In this document: in pieces, positions 16,987-25,225 of the stretch
Numbering within the stretch: position 1 is the first letter of the stretch
Layout: every line of letters starts with the position of its first letter
Assembly: GCA_016699935.1 (NCBI GenBank)
Contig: CP064992.1
Span: 360,001 to 392,000, forward strand
Source: Candidatus Saccharimonadota bacterium
GTDB taxonomy: Bacteria; Patescibacteriota; Saccharimonadia; Saccharimonadales; UBA4665
Reading direction: 5' to 3'
Length of the DNA stretch: 32,000 nt
The notes under the pieces: generated by a model
The model's input: only the letters and a program-made list of their open reading frames with translations
Databases searched by the model: none
What the model was told of the DNA's origin: nothing
Translations under genes and position numbers: made by a program

Positions 16987-18030
16987 CTAATCTGCTGTGT
17001 CTGGAGCGTGAGACTCTTCGTTGGCGGCGTGGTCTTTGCGGGCGGCAGCGGCTGCAACGGCGCGGAGGTCGTCGTAGCGGTCAAATTCATCGACGATGAG
17101 CTTGCCTATTACCCTTTCCAGCACATCTTCTATGGTGATAATGCCGACGTATTCTTCAAAACTATTCACCACAATGAACAGGTGTTGCTTGGTTTTGATA
17201 AACGCCTGCAGCGTTTGGTATAGCGTAAAATCTTCATGTACATACGTCACCTTGCGACGCATGATACTTCGCACAACCCCAGAGCGTTTGGTTGAGACTA
17301 GATCGTGCAAATACAGTACGCCAACAATGTTGTCATTTTTCACTTCATACACCGGGAATCGACTGTGGCCGCTGGAGTGCAGCTCACCCATGAGCACTGG
17401 TCCTACTGCTTCCTCGACAGAGACGGCTTTTACGACTCGTTTGGGCACCAAGGCATCTGCAACAGTTTTGTCACCAAATGTGAGGGCGTTTGTGAGCATG
17501 TCTATTTCGCCATTTGGAATACGATTGTCTGCTTGCGTCTTTTGCTTTTCGAGCAATTCGGCAAGATCCTCCTTTTCGTATAGACCGCTGTGAACACGGA
17601 TGGGAAACATCCGTCGCCCTATCCTGACGATCCGCGCGAATAGCGGATGAAACCGCTCAAGTAACCATGCTAGTGACGGCGAGATTGTTCGGGCTAACCA
17701 CAACGATACGCGGTTGGCACCTTCTTTTGATTCTATAAACACAAAACCTAACATGGCAATGATAACGAATACCGGGAACGCCAGCCATGTATCGAGGGCT
17801 TTGACCATAAATACAAACGCGCCGTATGCGCTGAGAACAGCCAGCGAACCAAGTATGAGCTTTGCGCTCAAGCCATACGAGACTGAACGGTATAAAACTG
17901 CTGCGACCTCATCTCCTTGGCGCGCGCGGCGTTTTAGCTCTTTGGGCGTCACATGGCTGAACGTTCTGTACAGAGCCATAAATACAATCGCAAGCAGCGC
18001 ACAGACGAGACCGAGAATAAATAGTGTCAT
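16987..18030 (-). CDS. DUF21 (CNNM) transmembrane domain plus CBS-pair protein (HlyC/CorC/CorB-type putative Mg2+/Co2+ transporter)
   Basis: 347 aa. N-terminal TM helices, then two CBS-like repeats (…ADALVPKRVVKAVSVEE…, …IVGVLYLHDL…, …YVGIITIEDVLERVIG). No CorC_HlyC C-terminal domain seen. Confidence 0.7.
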   Translation of the reverse strand: MTLFILGLVCALLAIVFMALYRTFSHVTPKELKRRARQGDEVAAVLYRSVSYGLSAKLILGSLAVLSAYGAFVFMVKALDTWLAFPVFVIIAMLGFVFIESKEGANRVSLWLARTISPSLAWLLERFHPLFARIVRIGRRMFPIRVHSGLYEKEDLAELLEKQKTQADNRIPNGEIDMLTNALTFGDKTVADALVPKRVVKAVSVEEAVGPVLMGELHSSGHSRFPVYEVKNDNIVGVLYLHDLVSTKRSGVVRSIMRRKVTYVHEDFTLYQTLQAFIKTKQHLFIVVNSFEEYVGIITIEDVLERVIGKLIVDEFDRYDDLRAVAAAAARKDHAANEESHAPDTAD

Positions 18031-18060
18031 ATGCGTTTATTATACCCTACAGCATGTCTA

Positions 18061-18224
18061 CTCGCCTTACGCGGGAATCGCACTTTCATCAGCCTTGTCC
18101 GGGAGTGGTTCACAAGCTCCTTTTTCTAGAGGAAGTGAAGCCGTAGCTCCGCTGACGACTTAAATATAGGCTTATGGACTCACCTGGCGAGGCTGGGGTA
18201 GTGGGAGTTCCCGCGTAAGTCGAG
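18061..18224 (+). ncRNA. candidate structured RNA (rod-like, 6S-like shape) or MITE-like inverted repeat; identity unknown
   Basis: 18061-18077 pairs with 18208-18224 (16 bp, one mismatch). 18078-18084 pairs with 18200-18206. 18090-18099 pairs with 18186-18195 (10 bp including two G.U pairs that are valid only on the + strand). About 86 nt is enclosed. Lies in the 257-nt divergent spacer. Confidence 0.35.
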
Positions 18225-18287
18225 TCTAAGCATGCAGGTATCGGCGACCTGTGTTACCATAGCTATACTAAAAGCTGGAGGAGAACT

Positions 18288-18977
18288 ATGGATAAACGGT
18301 TTTGGGCCATCATAGGAATGATTATTGTGATATTTGGCGGTATCATCGTGGCAAATAACAATAAACAGGAAAATCCTGGTGGAACTAGTGGCAAAGCGTC
18401 ACAAACAACGAACCACTACGCCGGTAAGTTGGACAGCAAAGTTACGTTCACCGAATACGGCGACTATCAGTGTTCAGCCTGTAAAAGTTTTTATCCAATC
18501 ACAAAGCAAGTTAAAGAAAAATACGGTGACCGCGTTCGGTTCCAGTTCCGCAACCTACCATTGACTTCACTTCACCCAAATGCCTTTGCTGGGGCTCGCG
18601 CAGCTGAAGCAGCTGACGTACAGGGCAAATTCTGGGAAATGCATGACCTGTTGTATGAGAACCAAGATCCGTCTGGTCAAACTGGCTGGGTCGCTAGCAA
18701 AGACCCGCTTTCTGACTACTTCGTAAAGTATGCTGAGAAGCTTGGGCTCAATACAACTACGTTTAAAAAGGACTTCGGTAGTACCGTTGTTAACACCCGC
18801 ATCAATGCTGATCTTGACGCATTTAAAGCCACCAAAGAAGATCTTTCGACTCCTACGTTCTTCATAAACGGAAAGAAAGTTAACAGCAGCCTGTTGCTAG
18901 ACAACCAAATACAACCGCAGCCCAGCCTTGAAGCTTTCAGCAAGGTACTCGACGAAGCACTAGCTAGTACACAATAA
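18288..18977 (+). CDS. DsbA-family thiol:disulfide oxidoreductase, membrane-anchored
   Basis: 229 aa. SD GGAGGAG 7 nt upstream. N-terminal TM (FWAIIGMIIVIFGGIIV). Thioredoxin-fold CxxC active site YGDYQCSACKSF. Confidence 0.8.
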   Translation: MDKRFWAIIGMIIVIFGGIIVANNNKQENPGGTSGKASQTTNHYAGKLDSKVTFTEYGDYQCSACKSFYPITKQVKEKYGDRVRFQFRNLPLTSLHPNAFAGARAAEAADVQGKFWEMHDLLYENQDPSGQTGWVASKDPLSDYFVKYAEKLGLNTTTFKKDFGSTVVNTRINADLDAFKATKEDLSTPTFFINGKKVNSSLLLDNQIQPQPSLEAFSKVLDEALASTQ

Positions 18978-18998
18978 CTAGGAGGAATAGCCTCCTAG
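18978..18998 (+). terminator. hairpin directly after the dsbA-like stop
   Basis: ctaggagg-aatag-cctcctag (8-bp perfect stem) starts 1 nt after TAA 18975-18977. The downstream tract is only moderately T-rich. Confidence 0.5.
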
Positions 18999-19087
18999 TA
19001 GTGTATGTATTGTTGCCAACCTGGCCGTTTGACCCGGACTCGGACCAACGACGGCGTATCGTAGGCTAGCTTAACTGGTATAGACAT
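18995..19087 (-). CDS. candidate 30-aa small ORF with strong SD (unannotated; below the ORF-track cutoff)
   Basis: The minus strand reads ccAGGAGGGttccATG. Product: MSIPVKLAYDTPSLVRVRVKRPGWQQYIHY*. No homology is assessable. Confidence 0.3.
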   Translation of the reverse strand: MSIPVKLAYDTPSLVRVRVKRPGWQQYIHY

Positions 19088-19283
19088 GGAACCCTCCTGG
19101 TAGCTCAACGTGCCTCGCACTCACAGCAAACTACACTGTCTGTTTTGTGGAATTTGTAAAAATATTTTTGTCTCTGTTTGCATCTCGCCGTGCAAAAGAA
19201 GATACCTAACTATACCAACCCGCTTATGGTGCGGTCAATAGATCCTCCGTGGTGATTTTGTCAGCGGATTGTATCTGTTGCTA

Positions 19284-19913
19284 CTACAAATACAGCCATT
19301 CGCGCTGTGCGTACGTTCTCACGCTCGCCAAAAGCCCCCTCACACCACGCTGTTCACGAATTGCAGCTCGCACCTGACTGGAGCTGACTGTAGCGGCATA
19401 ACTTTCGAATTGTATGACCGCTAACGGCACCACGGGTAACCTATTTACTGCTTGTTTGACGTGCTGATTGGTCTCACTATGACGACGCCCAATGCATAAC
19501 TCGACGCGAGTCAAGAAACCTTCTACGTGCGCCCAGCTCGCCATATGGGCGACTACGTCTGAACCGCACAGAAATATCAGCTGCGAGCCCGGAAATGCAC
19601 GCTCCAAACGTGGTAGCGTACGTAAAACAGAAAATGTCTTGTCTTCGAGCTCAAGGACATCTAGCTGGCGGTAGGGTCGAATGGCACGCCTGATCATAGC
19701 TACTCGGTGCGCGAAATGTGTAACGTGGTGTTTGTCCTGCGGGCTGCGTTCGGGCGCAAACACAACCTTGTCGAGTCGCGCCATCTGAGCGGCCTGAAGC
19801 GCAAACGCGATATGCCCGGCATGCACCGGGTCGAAGGTACCAGAGTAGATACCAATACGATTTTTCACCTGGGATGGTTTTTTAAAAGAGGTGGTTTTCA
19901 CTTCATTTTTCAT
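19284..19913 (-). CDS. nadD: nicotinate-nucleotide adenylyltransferase
   Basis: GIYSGTFDPVHAGHIAF (GxFxPxHxGH), C-terminal VSSSQVRAAI (ISST-IR-like), about 209 aa from ATG 19913. The upstream 33 codons of the track ORF are rejected because the ATG forms an ATGA overlap with the preceding small ORF. Confidence 0.75.
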   Translation of the reverse strand: MKNEVKTTSFKKPSQVKNRIGIYSGTFDPVHAGHIAFALQAAQMARLDKVVFAPERSPQDKHHVTHFAHRVAMIRRAIRPYRQLDVLELEDKTFSVLRTLPRLERAFPGSQLIFLCGSDVVAHMASWAHVEGFLTRVELCIGRRHSETNQHVKQAVNRLPVVPLAVIQFESYAATVSSSQVRAAIREQRGVRGLLASVRTYAQREWLYL

Positions 19914-20050
19914 TCCTGAACTATCGGCATGCCTTCGCAGCACTTGGTTATGTTCTTGCACGCTGGGCAGGCAAAATGCCCATGCACCGGCTCCAGCGGA
20001 TAGTGCCCACAAACCTCACAAAAAAGCTCTGGCGCTTTTTCTTTCACCAT
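19910..20050 (-). CDS. 46-aa zinc-ribbon mini-protein (unannotated), translationally coupled to nadD
   Basis: Hand translation: MVKEKAPELFCEVCGHYPLEPVHGHFACPACKNITKCCEGMPIVQE*, with CxxC…CxxC. The TGA overlaps the nadD ATG (ATGA at 19910-19913). An alternative in-frame GTG start lies at 20080. Confidence 0.55.
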   Translation of the reverse strand: MVKEKAPELFCEVCGHYPLEPVHGHFACPACKNITKCCEGMPIVQE

Positions 20051-20096
20051 GTCTGCATATGGGTCAAATTCTTCAGCCACACCACTATTTTACTTC

Positions 20097-21743
20097 TTAC
20101 TCTTTCCGTTCGCTATGCTTCAGAACCACATTGCCAATTTTCTTGGCAGTATTATGCAGTTTTAGTTTGGCCTTTTCACCCAGAAATAGCGTTGCAAATG
20201 TTATTGCTTCTTTCTTTTTAGTTATTTTTTCTCTAATGGATCTGGTGAGGCCACCTCTAGTGGGATCACGACCAGCGTCAAACTCTGTTTGGCAATTACG
20301 ACATACGCTGCAAGGTCCGACCTCGGTTTGGCCTGGGTGGCTGGAACATGACTTCACTTGGCATATGCCCCTTTTCCACTTCCACTTCGATTTGTCTCCA
20401 CTAGCTTCCTGCCCGTATGGGCTCGTTCGCTCACCAACGCCATCTTCAAGCTCAGAGCCTGGTTCGTTGGATTCATTGCCATACACACCTTTGGTAGTAC
20501 CGGCGCAGCCACCGCCAGTCCGGATCCGTTGACCAGCTACCATTCGCATTACGGTTGTTTGCGCTCGATAGATTTCTTCTGTACTGACACCCGCTGCCCG
20601 CATCGCCTCTACCCGAGCATCTTGCGCAGCAATTGCCGCTCGCGCATCTTGCGAGACTTCTTTGAGCGCTCGTTCGTTGCCGACATTGATTGCAATGCGC
20701 CCTTCAAGCTCAAGCCGAATACTTCGCTCAAGCACTGCCGCAAGTTCTCGGGTCATCTGATACTCTATATCACCAAGCTGGTGACGACTGATCACTTCCA
20801 GCGCATCGACATTCCACTCATGTTGCCCTGAAATAATCCGCTGCCGTACTGCTTTAGTGGCTTTGCCTAGCTTCAGGCTACGGGCTAGCTCGAGGTCAAA
20901 ATCAAACCATTGGTCGGCCTTTTGACGAATCTGCTCGGCGTAGTGCTCTTGGCCGCTACGAAAACCTACGAGTTGTTGCTGAACGCTCAGGTAAGTCTCC
21001 CTCTCTTTGATATATGGCAATACCGCTTCGACAAGGCCAATCGGGCCATTTGGCAATATATCCTCCCGCAAATCGAGCTGAGAAAATAATTTCATAATTG
21101 AAAGTGCCGACCCTTCGTCTTCAATATCGAATGACCGACCAAAAATGTTCTCTGGATCTTTCAGCATTGCCACCCAAGCATTCAGCGGAATATCACGAAC
21201 TAAGAGCGATTGCATTTTGCGCGCCACGACTACCCCATCCTCATTTGTTATTGGATAAGACACGCGGAGCGAATCGTCGTCGTACAGCCGTTCCGCCTTG
21301 GCGACATAGACGGGCGCATCAGCCACGGACATCTTAGGTGAAATAAACACCTGGGCAAAGCCTGGTCGAAGCGACTCTTGGGCGTGGATCGCTTCAGCGA
21401 TCTCAACGTCGACTCGCGCGAGGGCGGCTGGTGAAAAGTGAAATTGCCTCCCGGTCTCGGCAACCTCAATCGCAGTCTTCCCAAGCCATTTTATAACTCG
21501 TTCCTTTCGCCCACCCGCCTCATGATGCTCGACTCGGTGATAGGTTGTCGTAACCGCCGACGGTATCGCGGCCTCGGCGAGCGCCGTAGCCATATTCTGC
21601 TTAGTATCATGCTCGACGGCTGGGGAAACATTGCCGCGCAAATCAAGATGGCGCGCAAGAGCATCGACCTCCGTCAGGAGACGTGTTTCGGCGAGTGCGC
21701 TGTTCCTGATTTGTTCATATGCGTGTGGTGCATGCTCGTGCAT
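20097..21743 (-). CDS. orphan 548-aa protein with C-terminal Cys-rich (zinc-ribbon-like) module and basic tail
   Basis: Intact ORF. Largely helical by composition. The C-terminus carries KWKWKRGICQVKSCSSHPGQTEVGPCSVCRNCQ (C-x4-C-x12-C-x2-C-x2-C) followed by a Lys-rich tail. No family recognised. Confidence 0.65.
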   Translation of the reverse strand: MHEHAPHAYEQIRNSALAETRLLTEVDALARHLDLRGNVSPAVEHDTKQNMATALAEAAIPSAVTTTYHRVEHHEAGGRKERVIKWLGKTAIEVAETGRQFHFSPAALARVDVEIAEAIHAQESLRPGFAQVFISPKMSVADAPVYVAKAERLYDDDSLRVSYPITNEDGVVVARKMQSLLVRDIPLNAWVAMLKDPENIFGRSFDIEDEGSALSIMKLFSQLDLREDILPNGPIGLVEAVLPYIKERETYLSVQQQLVGFRSGQEHYAEQIRQKADQWFDFDLELARSLKLGKATKAVRQRIISGQHEWNVDALEVISRHQLGDIEYQMTRELAAVLERSIRLELEGRIAINVGNERALKEVSQDARAAIAAQDARVEAMRAAGVSTEEIYRAQTTVMRMVAGQRIRTGGGCAGTTKGVYGNESNEPGSELEDGVGERTSPYGQEASGDKSKWKWKRGICQVKSCSSHPGQTEVGPCSVCRNCQTEFDAGRDPTRGGLTRSIREKITKKKEAITFATLFLGEKAKLKLHNTAKKIGNVVLKHSERKE

Positions 21744-21769
21744 AAAAATACCCTCGGTGCTTCCGAGGG
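21744..21769 (-). terminator. GC hairpin plus T-run immediately upstream of the 548-aa ORF start; terminator of the upstream gene and/or SD-sequestering hairpin
   Basis: Minus strand: ccctcgg-aagca-ccgaggg tattttt ATG. The 3' arm contains the only SD-like GAGGG. Confidence 0.45.
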
Positions 21770-21981
21770 CGAAAAGGTAAACTATGACAACAGGTTGACA
21801 TGGTTCGCTTCTGCTCGGAAGACTTTACAATCGTGTCTGGCTTATGTGAAAGGACAGTCCTTTCACAATTACAGTTGCGGCACAGCTGAGGATTTACACC
21901 TCATTCCGATTTATATTGTTAATTTCAGTAAATACTTTATAGAGTCTAGCATGAGCAGCGAGACGCTAGATATAGTAATTT

Positions 21982-22656
21982 TTACTTAAAACGAAGGCTA
22001 GTGAGGACGCTATAGAGCACCGAGTAATCTGGGTTAACGCTATTATCGGTGTAGGTAATAAATATCTTACGCGAACCGATAGTCTGGCCTGTGACGGTTA
22101 CCTGATTCATGCCTTCGCGCGAAATAATCCCTACGACTGCGCGAGCAAAGTTGCCCGTATCACACAAAAAGTCCACACCCTGCCACCTGGCCTGGGCATG
22201 TCCAGTGGCAGGATCAATCTTCGTTGCATCGGTAAATGTTGTGCAGTTTTCCGACACAGAGTCATAGGCTAGCCCATCAGCCTGTGGCGTGACTACGATA
22301 GCTCTGTTGATAGCAAATCCTGGCATGGCCGACATGTACACATTCAGTCTCGTTGCATTTGCTGTCGGACTTATGAACGTATAGGTTGGCGATAGCGGCT
22401 GAGGGGTAACGGCGACCTCTTTCCAACCCCCCGGTAGTTCCATAATGAATTCTGGTTTTTCAATCCGTACTTTTGTTTCGGTAGTCGCATTGAACTTTCT
22501 GCTTATAGAGGGTGAACTTTTGATGTTCTGTTTTGGCGAGACCGTAAGGTGTGTGAGCCAATAGACGCCTATGCCGGATATGAATATGACAAGTAGCACG
22601 GCCATCCTGCGCTTTGCTCTCGCGTGCCGATGCGTACGTTTATCTACACGATACAT
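21982..22656 (-). CDS. hypothetical secreted/membrane-anchored protein
   Basis: 224 aa. Basic N-terminus then TM MAVLLVIFISGIGVYWLTHL. SD AGGAAAGG upstream. No family recognised. Confidence 0.6.
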   Translation of the reverse strand: MYRVDKRTHRHARAKRRMAVLLVIFISGIGVYWLTHLTVSPKQNIKSSPSISRKFNATTETKVRIEKPEFIMELPGGWKEVAVTPQPLSPTYTFISPTANATRLNVYMSAMPGFAINRAIVVTPQADGLAYDSVSENCTTFTDATKIDPATGHAQARWQGVDFLCDTGNFARAVVGIISREGMNQVTVTGQTIGSRKIFITYTDNSVNPDYSVLYSVLTSLRFK

Positions 22657-22677
22657 GCTTATGCCTTTCCTAAGCTA

Positions 22678-23196
22678 CTATAGCATGTTATGCCTTGGTC
22701 GTAGTCCGCAGGGTATTGAGCCGCAGCGAGAATTGCCGTACCGCACCCTCTGGTCAAGTACCCGAAGTGCCGCTAATACAATCGCTATGTCATCAAGCTG
22801 CTGTACAGATACGGCTGTTGATTCGGCGTCGACGAAGAGTTTTTCGACCTTGGTGACGAGCCACTTCTCCTCGGCCTCTTTGATTTCGTTAGTCAGGAAC
22901 GGCGCTGCCACTTGCCCGGATGGATTAACAACCTCAAGTGAACGAGCACTATGGTCACGTTTTACTAGATGACCACGTTTGATGAGATTCCCGACATGAA
23001 GCGCCACCGTCGCGACCGAGTTGTAGTGTAGCCCACTCATGATTTCGCGGTAGCTCGGACTATAGCCATGCTCGGCGATAAACTGCTCGATAAACCCAAG
23101 CAGTTCTTTCTGTTTTTTAGTCGGACGCACGGGTTTTACCTGGGATAGCTCTGTTACGGATAGCGGTTTCACCTGGTTTGTTTGCTTTTCGTTCAT
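22678..23196 (-). CDS. LexA-type winged-helix DNA-binding protein lacking the S24 peptidase domain
   Basis: TKKQKELLGFIEQFIAEHGYSPSYREIMSGLHYNSVATVALHVGNLIKRGHLVK matches the LexA N-terminal DBD. The C-terminal roughly 95 aa has no GDSM/Ser-Lys dyad. Start taken at ATG 23196 (MNEKQT…). Confidence 0.7.
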   Translation of the reverse strand: MNEKQTNQVKPLSVTELSQVKPVRPTKKQKELLGFIEQFIAEHGYSPSYREIMSGLHYNSVATVALHVGNLIKRGHLVKRDHSARSLEVVNPSGQVAAPFLTNEIKEAEEKWLVTKVEKLFVDAESTAVSVQQLDDIAIVLAALRVLDQRVRYGNSRCGSIPCGLRPRHNML

Positions 23197-23265
23197 ATAT
23201 CCTATTATGTCACACTTTACCACGACCCTGCTATGTGAGACACTTTTTCTGCATTAGCAATTACT

Positions 23266-24620
23266 ATGTCAGAAGCATGCCCGCTATCTCCCATTCACGT
23301 CTTTCGTGAATTTGAAAAAGTCGTTGTTCGGACGAATATGTTCCCCGTGTCTACAGAAAACCTGGTTGTACAACAGGACGCATTCGGTAGACTCGTTGAC
23401 GCAGACCCAGAGACGGGAGGTACGGGTGAACCGTTTGCTAGTCTTGAGTTGGGTAAGAAGGAGAGCGATGGTGATTTGCGTTTCATGTTTACCTTCACTG
23501 ACATTGGCATCTACGTAGACATAGAAGGTTGGGGACAAGCCAGCTACGACTACAATGAAATTGCAACTACGCCAGCGGCTGTAGCAAAAGGCTTTTTGCG
23601 ACAGCTGCAATGCTCAGTAATGGCCAACTGTTCGTGCTCCACACAGCAAGACATGGCCGCTTGTGCGCGGCTGAGATTTTATACCGCGAATCCGCCAGAA
23701 GTCGACCAGTCCTGCTTGCGTTACAGGGTGATTATCCACGGCTTCTCAAGAAAAGCAGTCCAGAAGAATACGAGACCCACATTCTAAAGAATGCCTATAA
23801 GCTCGAGGCGCAATCCTTTGAAAAAACCGTAATGCTCCGTGCTAAACGAACAAGTGGTAAGCCTTTTGATTTTGATCGTGAATTTGCAGGCGGATTATTG
23901 ACACCTCTTACCAAAGAGATGTATACCGCAATCATAAGCCAGACAGGCAATGAGCTCCTCGGCGTGAAGAGTGACAAAGAGTTTGAGCAAAAACTTCTAC
24001 GTACGCCAGAATACTGGATTATTGGATTAAGCCTAAGCATAGCCGCGTACTTTTTAATCTTTCGGCAGTTTGATTTGCCGCCTCTTTTTGCAGGTGTGCT
24101 CGGGCTCGTCGGAAGCAGCTTTTTCACGACAAAGTATCTGATACTTAAAGAAGAGTTAGTGCACAGCGGCGATACGACGTGGTGGGTGCGCTTATCTGAT
24201 GAGGTGGCGAAATATCTTACCATTAGGCTGCTGTACGTGCTGGGGCTAGTTTGTGTGATTGTTTCAACGTTCTTGCCGATTTTCGTTGCAAAGGGCACCA
24301 CTACAGCTATAAACTTGTACAATCTCGCTGAGGTAACACGTCCAGCGTTTTCTAGTGTTGTCTTATTGCCCGGTTTTGCACTCCTGCTGATTCTACGAGA
24401 TAGCCGGTTCTTCCGGATTGCAAGTGCGGTTTTAGGAATAGTAAGCGTTATCGCGCTATTTATTGTGAATAGTTTCTCGGACACATCAGATGCAGTTACA
24501 ACACCAGAACCACAAACTACCTTTTCGATTGCCACTTACCTGTTTACCTTTGGGGTAGCAACTTACCTCTTGGCGCGAAGCGTAAGGAAACAGAACGAGC
24601 AACCAAACAAACCTTCGTAA
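23266..24620 (+). pseudogene. multi-pass membrane protein with soluble N-terminal domain; probably one ORF split by one frameshift
   Basis: ORFs 23266-23787 and 23610-24620 overlap by 178 nt in different frames. Adding one T to T5 23593-23597 fuses …AAVAKGFF|ATAAMLSNGQLFVLH…. The C-terminal half has about 6 hydrophobic helices (YWIIGLSLSIAAYFLIF, LLYVLGLVCVIVSTFLPIFV, …). Confidence 0.5.
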
Positions 24621-24628
24621 GAATACGG

Positions 24629-25225
24629 CTAGGACGTCTTAAACACCCAGTGTTTATACCAGAGCCATTTCCAGATGGTAAAGAATATGCTGGATATCCA
24701 GAGGCCGAGAAACGGCGTGACGCCGAGCCACTTGAGGCCACCGACAATGGCGTAGTCTATGGGGATGTTGATGAGACTGAATGGCACATATTTTTTGAGT
24801 ACTTTTTTGTGACCCTGCTGCCGCGCCGAATCATTGAAGGCTAGGTAGTGCTGAATGAGATAATTCAGCGACCAACCGACAAGATCAGCCAAGCCTTTGG
24901 CGATTAACCAGTGCCAATGGAGTAGGCCGTAGAGAAGTGCGAACACGACATACCCGCTTGCGAAGAATACTGCCCCGCCAAGGTTGTAGTAGAGAAACTG
25001 TAGAAGCCCTTTTCTAGTCGGCCTGCGGGGTATACTGGACTTACGCAAAACCCCCACCACCCCAGACTCACCGCCAACACCCATAAGCCACTTTTCCCTC
25101 GTCGATGAACCTACAGGTTCAACTCCTCCAGATAAAGAGTCTTCTGGATCACTAGTGGATGACTCTGGATATGGCGCGATTTTGCGTAAGGCCAGTGTAA
25201 GCCGATGCAGTAGCTTCACAACCAT
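24629..25225 (-). CDS. GtrA-family membrane protein with an N-terminal extension of about 75 aa
   Basis: C-terminal 125 aa is typical of GtrA (LLQFLYYNLGGAVFFASGYVVF … WKWLWYKHWVF). ATG 25223-25225 overlaps the upstream TGA (ATGA). Confidence 0.7.
   Translation of the reverse strand: MVVKLLHRLTLALRKIAPYPESSTSDPEDSLSGGVEPVGSSTREKWLMGVGGESGVVGVLRKSSIPRRPTRKGLLQFLYYNLGGAVFFASGYVVFALLYGLLHWHWLIAKGLADLVGWSLNYLIQHYLAFNDSARQQGHKKVLKKYVPFSLINIPIDYAIVGGLKWLGVTPFLGLWISSIFFTIWKWLWYKHWVFKTS

Noticed and set aside
18061-18224. Identification as SRP RNA, tmRNA, RNase P RNA or a tRNA.
   Set aside because: No GGAAG-CAGC helix-8/GNRA context, no GAGGAAAGUCC P4 motif, no tRNA-like T-arm (GGTTCGAATCC-type) or CCA-proximal acceptor pairing on either strand. 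Only the generic rod-like fold is supported.
21770-21981. A 238-nt spacer searched for a tRNA/ncRNA gene. It contains the hairpin gtgaaagga-cag-tcctttcac (21846-21866) and TTGACA/TACAAT-like hexamers on the + strand.
   Set aside because: The hexamer spacing (about 25 nt) is wrong for a promoter and both flanking genes are on the minus strand. No tRNA cloverleaf or conserved RNA motif was found. The hairpin lacks a U-tract.
22678-22740. Possible additional frameshift at the C-terminus of the LexA-like protein (tail GNSRCGSIPCGLRPRHNML looks non-native; an alternative frame reads AILAAAQYPADYDQGITCY…).
   Set aside because: Neither frame shows a recognisable motif, so there is no evidence to prefer a repair. 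Left as assembled.
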